IMG/VR virus record: IMGVR_UViG_3300037504_001140 | Span: 1 to 27,128 of that record | DNA: 27,128 nucleotides | Strand: one strand, 5' to 3' | Origin: a virus | Taxonomy: Duplodnaviria > Caudoviricetes | Shown here: positions 8,204-18,300 of the stretch, in pieces | How the letters are laid out: each line of letters starts with the position of its first letter | How positions within the stretch are numbered: position 1 is the first letter of the stretch | The notes under the pieces: generated by a model | What the model was told of the DNA's origin: nothing | The model's database searches: none | The model's input: only the letters and a program-made list of their open reading frames with translations | Program-made: the position numbers and the translations under genes

Positions 8204-8888
8204 CATGGCATCGGGCGAAACGCTCGAGGAGGAGCACTTCGACTATGACGGGCCGGTGGCCCTCTGCGGGGGCGGGGGCGGGGTTGACACGGTGGACGAG
8301 GAATACAATGCCCGCATGGCCAAGATCGCGGAGGAGCAGCACGAGATGGGAAAGCAGCTGTTCAACTTTTACAAATACGGGACGTTCGAGGCCCCTCCGG
8401 GTGCCGAGGTCGGCGCGCCGCCGGAATCAGGGGCTTCGCCGGGCCAGGAGGGACAGCCGGGAGGGGGCGGCCCGGTGTCGGATCCGAACCAGCCCTATTT
8501 CCCCGACGACAACTATCTCGGCGGCCCGTTCCCCGACTACTTCGATACCCCGGGAGGGGAGAGGCCGCCGCACGAAGGGACTCCACGATTTCCCGACGAC
8601 AGCTATCTCGGCGGCCCGTTCTGGGATTACGAGAAAAACCGGAACCAGCCGCCCTCGGAGCGGGGCGACGGCGGGGCACAGCCCCCGCCGCAAGCAAGCC
8701 CGTTTCCCGACAGCGAATATCTCGGCGGCCCGTTCCGCGACCATTTCCGTAGCTCCGGGCAACAGCAACCGGCCGGTGCGGAAGAACGGGGGGCGCAAAC
8801 ATTCATCGGCATTGGCGGCGGCAGAAAGGACTACCTGGACGCCGACCCGCTTACACAGGCACAGCGCATACTTGGGGGGAGGGTATAG
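8175..8888 (+). CDS. Ejection (internal virion) protein, N-terminal part, with Pro-rich repeats
   Basis: ATG at 8175 after GGAGGGG (the track start at 8109 is probably too early). MKIYTRVVVD...YDGPVALCGGGGG leader, then TVDEEYNARMAKIAEEQ. Confidence 0.7.
   Translation: MKIYTRVVVDMASGETLEEEHFDYDGPVALCGGGGGVDTVDEEYNARMAKIAEEQHEMGKQLFNFYKYGTFEAPPGAEVGAPPESGASPGQEGQPGGGGPVSDPNQPYFPDDNYLGGPFPDYFDTPGGERPPHEGTPRFPDDSYLGGPFWDYEKNRNQPPSERGDGGAQPPPQASPFPDSEYLGGPFRDHFRSSGQQQPAGAEERGAQTFIGIGGGRKDYLDADPLTQAQRILGGRV
8499..8747 (+). repeat. Three dispersed in-frame repeats FPDxxYLGGPFxD[YH]
   Basis: Exact 18-mer TATCTCGGCGGCCCGTTC at 8514-8531, 8604-8621 and 8718-8735. Confidence 0.95.
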
Positions 8889-8891
8889 GCG

Positions 8892-10580
8892 ATGGCAGAA
8901 AAGCAGATCGCGAGCTTTTGGGGCAAGACCGGCCTGAACAGGCAATACCAGGGCGACCCGAGAAAGCAGAAAATCATCCTGCCCTACTCTGTTCGCCGCA
9001 AGCACAAGGCCCTCCGCAACGTCGGATTTACCCTGGCCGACGCCCGGGCGCTCGGGCCGGATGCGACCGTTGAGGACCTGGTGCGCCATTTCGGGGGAGA
9101 TCCGAACAAGGACTACTCGAACGACACGGGCAATTGGGAATCCCAGGTGTGCGGGGAAACGGCGGTCAGCGCGAACTTCGGGCCCGGTCGGATGCCGTCT
9201 GGTCGGCCAAGGCCCATAGAGACGGGAGGCAGCTACGAGCAGTTTGGAAAATTCACACAGGGAGGAGGGGTTCCGCAAATGGCAACTAACACCCGCGTAA
9301 AAAGAGGGGCGCTCGGAGGCGGGGGGTCTTCGATGGGCCTCAACCAGATGCAACAGGACTGGGCGGACTACTTTGATTCCGCCAAGCCCGGCGACATTCG
9401 CCAGTGGGCGGGCGGGACGCTTGAGATGGGGCAAGACGGGCGGGCCGTCTACACGGATCCGCAAGGCGCCCGAATGGCGTTTAATCAGAACACATCTTTG
9501 AACGAGCTTGCCAATAACCCCTATATTCAAAGAGAGTGGATAGGCACATACAATATCAATCCCTCCGACCTTGGAATTGACGGCGGCGGCGGCAGCGGTT
9601 CATCCGGCGACTCCTATGGTGGTGACTACGGTGGTGGCTACGGCGGCCTTGGCGGTGGTGGCACCGGGTACAAAGCCGCTCCAGGGTGGGGCGGCCGGTG
9701 GCAGAACGTAGTGGATATCGCGAACCGGGACCCTTCGTTCGCGAATATGGAACTCGCCCAAACGGCGGGAAACATGGCCTTGATCCCGGACCAGGTACGG
9801 TTTCACCGGTCGCAACTCAACCAGGCCGGGAAAACGGGAATTGTAAGGGGGGAGAGGGACCGCACGGCGCTCGGCGAGGAAATAAAGACCCTGCCGTATC
9901 AGGGCGAGGCGGCCAGGACCGGTTACGAGTGGCAAGCCCGACTTACTCCGCAGCTTGGAAGGCGGCAAGAGGCGCAAATTGGCGAGGACATGCAGACCAT
10001 ACCGCTGCAGGGCGCCCTTGCCCGGGAACAGATTGGCAGCCAACGAGAAATTTTGCCGCACCAGACGCGCCTTTCGATTGCCGACTTGAACCGGCAGATC
10101 GACCTCATGCCGAACCTGACAGCCGCGCAAAGAGCGGAGTTGAAGGAGCGCGCGGCGGTTGCGCCGGAGCGCGCGGCGGCGATGGTGGCCGAATACCAGC
10201 AGGCGGCGAAGACCGCCCCGGTCGCCGGAAGAACGGAGCGGATGGGCCTTCGCGAACGACAACGGGCCTACCAGCACCGGGCGCCGATGATGGGCGAGAT
10301 TCGCAAGCAGGCGATGCAGGGCTACAACCCGGAGGATATGATGGCGGCGGCGACCGGGGACGTGGAACAGCAGTACGCGGACGCGAGCGGCCGGATGCGG
10401 CGAGAAATGGGACGTATGGGGGTTGACCCTTCGAGCGGTCGGATGGCGTCGCAAATGAGCACGATGGCAACGAGCCGGGCGGCCGATATTGCCGGAGCGC
10501 GAACGCAGGCCCGCAGGAGAGCGAAGGACCTGTCTTTTGACCGGCTGCAGGCCGGATATCACGCACTGGGGAGCTTGTAA
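8892..10580 (+). CDS. Ejection (internal virion) protein with 18-aa helical repeats
   Basis: GGAGGG RBS, G/Q/A-rich composition, C-terminal RREMGRMGVDPSSGR motif of podovirus ejection proteins. Possible second start at 9279. Confidence 0.7.
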   Translation: MAEKQIASFWGKTGLNRQYQGDPRKQKIILPYSVRRKHKALRNVGFTLADARALGPDATVEDLVRHFGGDPNKDYSNDTGNWESQVCGETAVSANFGPGRMPSGRPRPIETGGSYEQFGKFTQGGGVPQMATNTRVKRGALGGGGSSMGLNQMQQDWADYFDSAKPGDIRQWAGGTLEMGQDGRAVYTDPQGARMAFNQNTSLNELANNPYIQREWIGTYNINPSDLGIDGGGGSGSSGDSYGGDYGGGYGGLGGGGTGYKAAPGWGGRWQNVVDIANRDPSFANMELAQTAGNMALIPDQVRFHRSQLNQAGKTGIVRGERDRTALGEEIKTLPYQGEAARTGYEWQARLTPQLGRRQEAQIGEDMQTIPLQGALAREQIGSQREILPHQTRLSIADLNRQIDLMPNLTAAQRAELKERAAVAPERAAAMVAEYQQAAKTAPVAGRTERMGLRERQRAYQHRAPMMGEIRKQAMQGYNPEDMMAAATGDVEQQYADASGRMRREMGRMGVDPSSGRMASQMSTMATSRAADIAGARTQARRRAKDLSFDRLQAGYHALGSL

Positions 10581-10582
10581 CA

Positions 10583-10861
10583 ATGACACAGCTTGGACTC
10601 TACAACGTTCAAAGCCCGCTTGCCAACGCGCGCGCGTTTATGGGACAGGCGGCAAACAGCTACGGGGCGATGCAGCGAAAGGCCGAACGGCCCGACCCGA
10701 CCCTGGGCGGCGGAATGATGAGTGCCGCCGGCGGTGCGCTTACGGCGGCGAGCATTGGATCCGCTCTCGGCTCCACAACGGCGGCTGGCGCGGCTGTCGG
10801 CGGTCCGGCCGGCATGGCCGTCGGTGCGGGGCTTGGTGCGCTCAGCTACTTTTTGAGCTAA
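10583..10861 (+). CDS. Small glycine-zipper ejection protein
   Basis: Hydrophobic GxxxG-rich C-terminus (GGPAGMAVGAGLGALSYFLS) within the ejection cluster. Confidence 0.7.
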   Translation: MTQLGLYNVQSPLANARAFMGQAANSYGAMQRKAERPDPTLGGGMMSAAGGALTAASIGSALGSTTAAGAAVGGPAGMAVGAGLGALSYFLS

Positions 10862-10880
10862 TAAAAAGGGGGGACGGAAA

Positions 10881-12365
10881 ATGCCTGACAGAGCGGGACG
10901 GCCTACGTTTTCGGATTTTGCGCGGATGGCGAGCGCTTTCCAAGGGCTTGGAGAGACAAGGCGCAGAAGGGCGGAGGAGGACCGGCAGAAGCGGATTGCG
11001 GATGAGACCTACAAGGCCGCCATGGCCTACTCCCAAAACCCGGATGCCCTGCAGAAACCGGCAAAGGACGTGGCCCAAGAGCTTGGCATCGAGCCGGAGG
11101 CGGCGCTCAAGGGCCGGGTGCTGATGGCGAGCCACTTCAGGGACATGGAGGATTTCGAAGCGGAGCGGCTGCGCAACCAGAAGGCGAAAACGGGCGCTCT
11201 CTACCAGCAGGCGAGACAGGCGTTCGTTACGGCGGAGCAGGCGAGAGAGGCCGGGGATCCAAGGGCGTACGCGGTGGCCGGGGTGGAAGCCCTGAACGCG
11301 TACCCGGACGGCTACAAGTGGGAAGTGGTCGAGGGCGGCCTCAGCGAGGCGGAGCGCACCGCGATGGGCCCCGCGGCCGGGAGGGTGCTGGGAGGCGGGG
11401 GCGATGGCCAGGCCGGGCGCCTCATGGTCAAGGTGACGTCCCCTTTGGGCAAAACCAAAACGGTTGGGGTGGACGAGGTGGACAGGCGGCTCGATGCGGT
11501 ACGGCAAAACCCTTCCGCTTACGCCCCCGAGCAGTTTTTCCAACAGTCCATCGCAACGAACCGCACCCGGCGCGACCAGAACGCGGAATGGGCGCTCAAC
11601 CCGCGGGTCATGACCGACAAGAAGGGGAACAAGGTCTACGCCACCAAGCAGATCGACCCGGCAACCAACGAGCCCAGGGTGGTCTATTCCGACAAGCCGC
11701 TCTACGAGGAGGACGAGAAGATCCTCGATGTGACCGATCTCGACGGCTACCGCACGCCCGAGACGTGGAAGCGGATGGAGGAGGCGCGGCAGGCCAGGGC
11801 AGAGCTTGGGAAAACCCTGGCCGAGACCCGGAGCAAGGAGATGGAAACGGCGATCGATCAGTTCGAGTTAATGCTCGACCGGTTCGCGGGCGAATCCCCC
11901 CTCGACAACCTCGGCAAGCCGACGGAAGTGCCGCGAGAGCAGAAGCTGAAGCGGGCTTACGAGGTTTATAACAAGTACCGGCAGACCCCGCCGCAATCGC
12001 AGGACGAAGTGGACCTTGCCGAGGCGGCGCGGCAGGTGGTGCAGGTGCACCAGCGCCTCGGCAGCGACCCGGCCCGGGGAGGCGGGGGGAAGCGGAGCAA
12101 GGGGGGCGCGGGCAAAGGCCGCGGGATGAATGTTCAAAACTTCGATATCAACAGGCTGAACAGCCAGGAGCGCGAAGACCTCAAGGCGATCTTTACCAGG
12201 TTGCGGGAGGAAGAGGGGGTTCCGTTCGAGGAGGCGACGAGAAGGTCTATCCGGGAGTTCTTGAGAACCCGCAAACCCGGGCAGAGGGGGGCTGCTGCGA
12301 AGCGGGAAGGGCAGTCGACCGTTGCGGGAAAAGGGACAATGGACCCACGGTTTTGGGATCGGTAA
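10881..12365 (+). CDS. Ejection (internal virion) protein
   Basis: 494-aa helical, charged ORF between the glycine-zipper gene and the giant gene. Confidence 0.65.
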   Translation: MPDRAGRPTFSDFARMASAFQGLGETRRRRAEEDRQKRIADETYKAAMAYSQNPDALQKPAKDVAQELGIEPEAALKGRVLMASHFRDMEDFEAERLRNQKAKTGALYQQARQAFVTAEQAREAGDPRAYAVAGVEALNAYPDGYKWEVVEGGLSEAERTAMGPAAGRVLGGGGDGQAGRLMVKVTSPLGKTKTVGVDEVDRRLDAVRQNPSAYAPEQFFQQSIATNRTRRDQNAEWALNPRVMTDKKGNKVYATKQIDPATNEPRVVYSDKPLYEEDEKILDVTDLDGYRTPETWKRMEEARQARAELGKTLAETRSKEMETAIDQFELMLDRFAGESPLDNLGKPTEVPREQKLKRAYEVYNKYRQTPPQSQDEVDLAEAARQVVQVHQRLGSDPARGGGGKRSKGGAGKGRGMNVQNFDINRLNSQEREDLKAIFTRLREEEGVPFEEATRRSIREFLRTRKPGQRGAAAKREGQSTVAGKGTMDPRFWDR

Positions 12366-12377
12366 AGGGGAATGTGA

Positions 12378-15300
12378 ATGGCCAGTAACGACCTGTACGA
12401 CTTCTTTCTGCAGGCGGATGCGGAGAGAAGGGGTGTCGTACCCGAAAACGAAGACTTGGGGACGTCTCCCGAGGCGCACCAGTTTTTTCTCGAGGCGGAG
12501 AGGGAGCGCAGCGGCGGCGACTTCACGCGCGGGATCAAAAAGGGCGTCAACCAGTTGCAGGGCTCTCTTTACGGTGCCGCCGGCCTTGCCGCGTCTGCCG
12601 CCGACAAGGTGGGCCTCGACAATGTTGGCCTTGCCGGAATGCTGAAGGAGAAAACCGGCTTTAATGCGGCAGAGGCCGTGCGCGACTGGGGGCTCCGCAA
12701 TTACGAGCGCAACATGGAGGAGGCCGCCCGGTACCCGACCAAAACACTCAAGGACATCGGCGAGGCGGAGGGTTTTCTGGATACCGCGGGGACAGCCGTT
12801 GATTGGGTGCAGGGTGCCGCCGGACAGATTGCACCTTCCATGGTAGAGGCGGCTGTTGGTGCGATTGTCGGCTCCCTCATGGCCCCGGGCCCGGGAACGG
12901 CCGCCGGCGGGGTAGCTTCGCGGACGATCCTGCGTAAAGCCATAGACAAAATGACGGACCGGATTGTTCAAGACCAGGTTAAGAAGGGCTTGATCAAGGA
13001 GGGCGCGGAGGAGGCGGCCAAGAAGGAGGTCCGCGATCTCGCCACGAGGCAGGCCCTCAAAAAGCTCGGTGGCCGCGTCGGCATGGGGGCTGCCGTTTTC
13101 CCGATGGAGGCGGGCGGCAATTATGCGGAGGTTCTGTCCAGGCACGGCGTGGATGCGCCGGCAACGGCCGCGCTTACCGGAGCGCTCGCCACCTCTCTCG
13201 AGTTTCTTGGCGGCAACGTTAAGTTGGTGGATCAGTTCGTGGACGCTGTCGCAAAGGGCGTTCCGAGCAGCATCAAGCGCTCCGCCGTGGAGCTCTTGAA
13301 GAACATCCCGGCCGAAGCAATGCAGGAGGCGGGCCAGGAATCCCTGTCCATTCTGAACACGGTGGTAAACACCGACGAGAAATTTCTGACACCGGAGCAC
13401 GTGGAGCAGATCGTTGAATCGGCCGCCGTTGGTGGTGTTGGTGGCGGAATCGGTGCGGGGGCGCAGATAACAGGGCGCGTGCGGGGACGAAAGAAAGGCG
13501 AGGCGCCAGTCGATTTCAGTCAAATTGAGGACCAGTTGCTTGCCGACGAGACAGAAGGGGAGGCGATCGTCACGCCGGAAAAAAAGACCCCCACCGCCCC
13601 CGGGGCACGGCCCGGTCAGGCGCAGATGGACCTGTTCCGGCGGTGGGACGCGGAAAGAAAGCAAACCAGACAAGCGGAGGTGACACCGGATGCCGAAAGG
13701 TTACGAAAAGATGAGAGACGAATTCAAGGAGCAGGGCTTGAGCGACCGGGAGGCGAAGAAAAAGGCCGCCCGGATATGGAACAGCCAGCACAAGAAGCGC
13801 CCGGTGACAAGGAAGCGGGGAAAGTAGAGCCCGTTAGAGCAGAGGGTGAAGGGGCCGCTGTCCGTCGCGAGCGGAAGCCCATAAAAACCGGGGCCAGGGT
13901 CAAGACCTATTTGCCCGACAATACCGAGGTTGAGGCAGAGTACGCCGCTGTCGAGGCGGGAGATCTTGCCGCCTCCCACGATGAGGACTTGCGCATCAAC
14001 CCGACATTTCCTGCCGACCTTCAGCCACGAGATCGAGGCCGGGACGCCATGCGGCTGCAGGTGCAGCAGATGGCGCAGAAGCTGAACCCCGAGCGCCTGG
14101 GGGAATCCGCGAGCGTTACCGGGGGCGCCCCGATCATTGGCGAGGATATGGTTGTGGAGTCGGGCAACGGGCGTGTTATCGCCATTAGAAAGGCGTACCG
14201 GGGAGACAGGGGGAAAGAGTACAGGCAGTGGCTTGAGAAGAACGCGGAGCGCTTCGGCCTGGATGCCGCAGACATATCGGGCATGAGCAGTCCCGTTCTT
14301 GTAAGGGTGCGGAAAACCGACGTGGACCGGGCGGACTTTGCACGGCGGGCCAACCAGGGAGACGTTGCCTCCATGGGGCCTGCGGAAACCGCGAAAAGTG
14401 ACGCTGAGCGCATCCGCGACGAGGATATGACCATTTTCGCCCCGTCAGAGGAGGGCGATATCACCGCGGCATCGAACCGCCCCTTCATGGGGCGCTTTCT
14501 TGAGCGGATCGGACTGAACGAAGCGGCAGGCTTTGTCACCAGGGACGGACGCTACACCAAGCAGCTGGTGGACAGGGTCAAGGCGGCAATCTTTCACCGG
14601 GCATATGAGAACGACGACCTTGTCACCTTGATGGCCGAGGAGGCCGACCCGGGCGTCAAGAACGTGCTGAACGCCCTTACGGTGGCCGCGCCGCGCTTTG
14701 TCAAAGCCAAGGCGGCAGACCCTGAGGCGTATGCCAAGGCGCAGGTGCCCGGGCATATTGCGGGTGCCGTGAGGTTGATCAAGGAGGCGAAGGATGCGGG
14801 TTTTCAGATGGCGGACTACCTGCGGCAGACCCGGCTGTTTGGCGACGAGATTCCGCAAGCGACCAAGGAAATTGCCCTTTTCATCGACCAGAACAAGCGC
14901 AGCGCAAAGCGCATGGGCGAAATGTTCCGGGCGATGGCCGACGAATTACAGAAAAAAACTTCCGATCAGGGCTACAACGCCTTGCCGGGCATGAAAATCG
15001 ATGATATAAATATAGAGAAGATTGTCGAAAATTCTATCCAAAAGATGAAGGATTTCTACAATGAGCAACCTCAGGGCCAAATCCGACTTTTCGGAGCTGA
15101 GCGAGATGTTCAAGCGGGCCGTGGAGAAGGCGAATCAGCTGGACGTGGACGAGCCGCTTCTGGTGTGGCCGGAGCTCCCGCCCAGTCTGAAGAACCCGAA
15201 GCGGAAGCCGGAAGAGAAAAGCCAGCCGGAGAAGTAAGGGAGCCTGATTATGTCGAAGGTACTTTTCTTGGAGAACCATCGCGGGCGGACAGAAGGGCCT

Positions 15301-18300
15301 ACACCCAGGCATCGCTCCCGTTCGGAGAAGGGGCAAAAGGCAGAGGTGAGGCAGATCCCTCTATACCCCCTCCCCCAAGAAGAGTGGTTATGCGTCCCGT
15401 CGAAGGGGCCGGATCTGGAAAACACGTTCTACATCGAATAGACGACGCAGTATCCCTTCTTTCTTTTCTCCAGAAAGATCCGCAGGAAAGCGCCTACACT
15501 GTCGCCACGGACAAGGATGGCAACGTCCTTGAAATCCATCGCTATTCAAGAGGCACGAAATCCTCCGCCAAAATCTTCGTAAGCGAAATCGCGGGCCCCG
15601 TCTTTGACCTGAAAGACGCAGCCAATGTTTACTTTGTCCACAATCACCCGAGTGGCGGGCTGAATCCGAGCCAAGCCGACATGGCGATTGACGGATACCT
15701 TCGCGCAGCCCTTGACCTTGCCGATATCGAGGTTTCCTCTGCCGTTATGGGCAAAGGCAGGTTTCGGGAGTTTACCGCGACAAATGAAAACGCCGGCACG
15801 CGGTCGATCAGAGAGTCGGTTCGAAAACAAATTCCCGCGAAGGAGAGGGCTTTTGCGGAAAGGCTTGCAGAGCCGGGCGATCCTATCCCAAACGGGGATG
15901 TGGCCGCACAATACATTGCCGACAGGCATGGGAAGCGGGCAGACGGCTTTCTTTACATGGACACGCAAAACAGGCCCGTCGGCTTCTTGCCGTTTCCGAA
16001 GGGCAAGGGCGCCAACGAAATCGCAAAAGAAGTGATCCGAACGGCAAACAAGCTGAATGGATCCAACATTATTGTCGCATTCCCTTCCACGCAAAAGCTG
16101 CGGGACAGGTCTGAGTTTCTTGGCGACCTGAACGGGCTTCTCCACGAAAACCAAATCCTTGACATCATCGCCGGGGGCAAATCGCTGTCCAATAGCGGAC
16201 AGATGAAAAATATGTTCCCGCATGGAAAATACCCGCTGAACGCAGCATTGAGCTTGAAGCTGCTGGGGCCGGTGTATCAGCGCAAATCCGACCCCTTCTA
16301 CTCCGAACTGACCCGAACCGTCGAGGCAATGGACTTCAAGACCATGCCGCCGAAAGACTTGCTCAGCCGCATCAAGAAATCCCCTGGCGTGAAACAGGAG
16401 GAAATTGATTGGTCTGGAATTGAGTCTTGGCTGAATGAGCAAGAGGGCAAGGTCAGCAAGGATGATGTGCTGGAGTACTTGGCGGCGAACAACATCCAGA
16501 TCGAGGAGGTGGAAAAGAAGGATGCGGTTAGGCCAGATCCAGCATACCTTGATCTGTTTAAAACAGAAGACCAAGATGGCACGCCTGTTTTAAGGGTCCA
16601 GTGGTCTGACTTGGATCAAGTTTATGCCGACAGTTATGATGATGGTGAAACCTTTGATTTAATGGTTGATGGCGATTTTCAGGCCACTGCGCAAAGCGAA
16701 GATGAAGCAAGGCGATTTGTGTTACAAGAGGTGGGGGAAAATTATAGCCACCTGTTAAGTCGCCAAGAAATTGCCGACGCCAAATTCTCCCAATACCAAC
16801 TCCCCGGCGGCGAAAATTACCGAGAAGTGTTGCTGACGATGCCAGTAAACCGGCGCATGCCCTTTGAGGAATTCCTCTCTGCATATCGTAAGCGATTTCC
16901 GAGCGCCAAGGTTACAGACGAAGAAATTCGTGGGTTTTATAACGATGGGGTAGAAATACCTACGCCCAATCGACGCATCTCAAGCAAGACAGACGCTTTT
17001 TCGTCCCCCCACTGGGACGAACCCAACGTTCTCGCCCATGTCCGATTCAACGAGCGTACCGGGCCAAACGGTGAGCGGATTCTGTTCTTGGAGGAAATTC
17101 AGAGTGATTGGCATCAGGAGGGGCGGAAGAGGGGGTATAAGAGCAAAGAGCCAATGTATTCCAAAGAGGAAACAATGGCTTACCAAGAAGACATTTTCGC
17201 TCGTTTTGACCGGGGTGAAATTACGAGAGAGCAACGCAATGCTGAACTGGATCGACTGAGCGACATGAGAGCTGATAGGGTTGGCGTCCCCGACGCCCCC
17301 TTCAAAACCACATGGCCGCAACTCGTCATGAAGCGCATGGTGCGCTATGCCGCTGAAAACGGGTTTGATATGGTGGCTTGGACACCGGGGAGCGTGCAGG
17401 CTGAGCGGTATGATTTGAGCAAACAGGTTGGCAAAATTGTATATACCAAAGATGGCACATTAAGCGCGTATAAAGACGCTGGCGGCCCCTTGAATAGAGA
17501 AAACAGGGTTATCCAGGAGTCCAACATATCAATTGAAAAACTGTCTGATTATATTGGCAAGGAAGGCGCTGAAAAACTCCTAAACAACCCGACCCGGAAA
17601 ATCGGAGAAAACACTTTTGTACTTGAGGGCGACGACCTCAAGGTCGGTGGCGAAGGCATGAAAGCCTTCTATGACAAGATGTTGCCCGCTGCCGTCAACA
17701 AATTCTTCAACAAGGGCAAGTGGGGCAAGGCGAAGGTTGGGACGACAATTATCCCCAAGACGCAATTATCTCCCGGAGAGAAAATTGATGCTTCAAGCCC
17801 ATATGCAATTCCCGCCCACGCCCTCCCCATCACCCCTCAAATGCGCGAAAAAGCCTTGTCCGAGGGAATGCCGCTGTTTCAGCAGGGAGGTGTGGGCGAA
17901 CCTGAAGTAGCCCTGCCGCCCTTATCTGAAAAAGACAAGCACCGCTTATCCCGCATTGTTCGGCAAAAGGACAAAATCAAAACCCCTACCGATAATGACC
18001 TTGCAAATTATCTGTCAGACGCTATTTATGATAGTAGACTGAGAAGCAATTTTATCAACAAAATCCTTAAAAAAGCAGGAGTGACAGAAGATGCCCTGTA
18101 TATGGCTCAAAAGCGGAATCAAGCTGAATCTGAAAAAATCCGCGATGCAAGACAAGCGTTTCGTAAAGCGTTTACGCTCTGGGGAATTAGAGAGGAAGAT
18201 AATGTCCTTATTTCCGGCACTCCTGTCACCAAAGAAGAAAAGGCTGTTCAGAAAGTAGCAAAAACCTTTGGCGCAGACCTTTATTTTTTTAAGGGCAAAG

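Noticed and set aside
8499-8747. CRISPR-like repeat-spacer array
   Set aside because: Only three copies, spacers of 72 and 96 nt that preserve frame, conservation follows codons, and no cas genes.
724-8892. Genome-wide amber recoding, suggested by TAG followed in frame by the next gene at 1408, 7145 and 8886
   Set aside because: TAA-ended genes show the same in-frame adjacency (343, 1692, 3254), and the 3163-aa ORF has no internal TAG.
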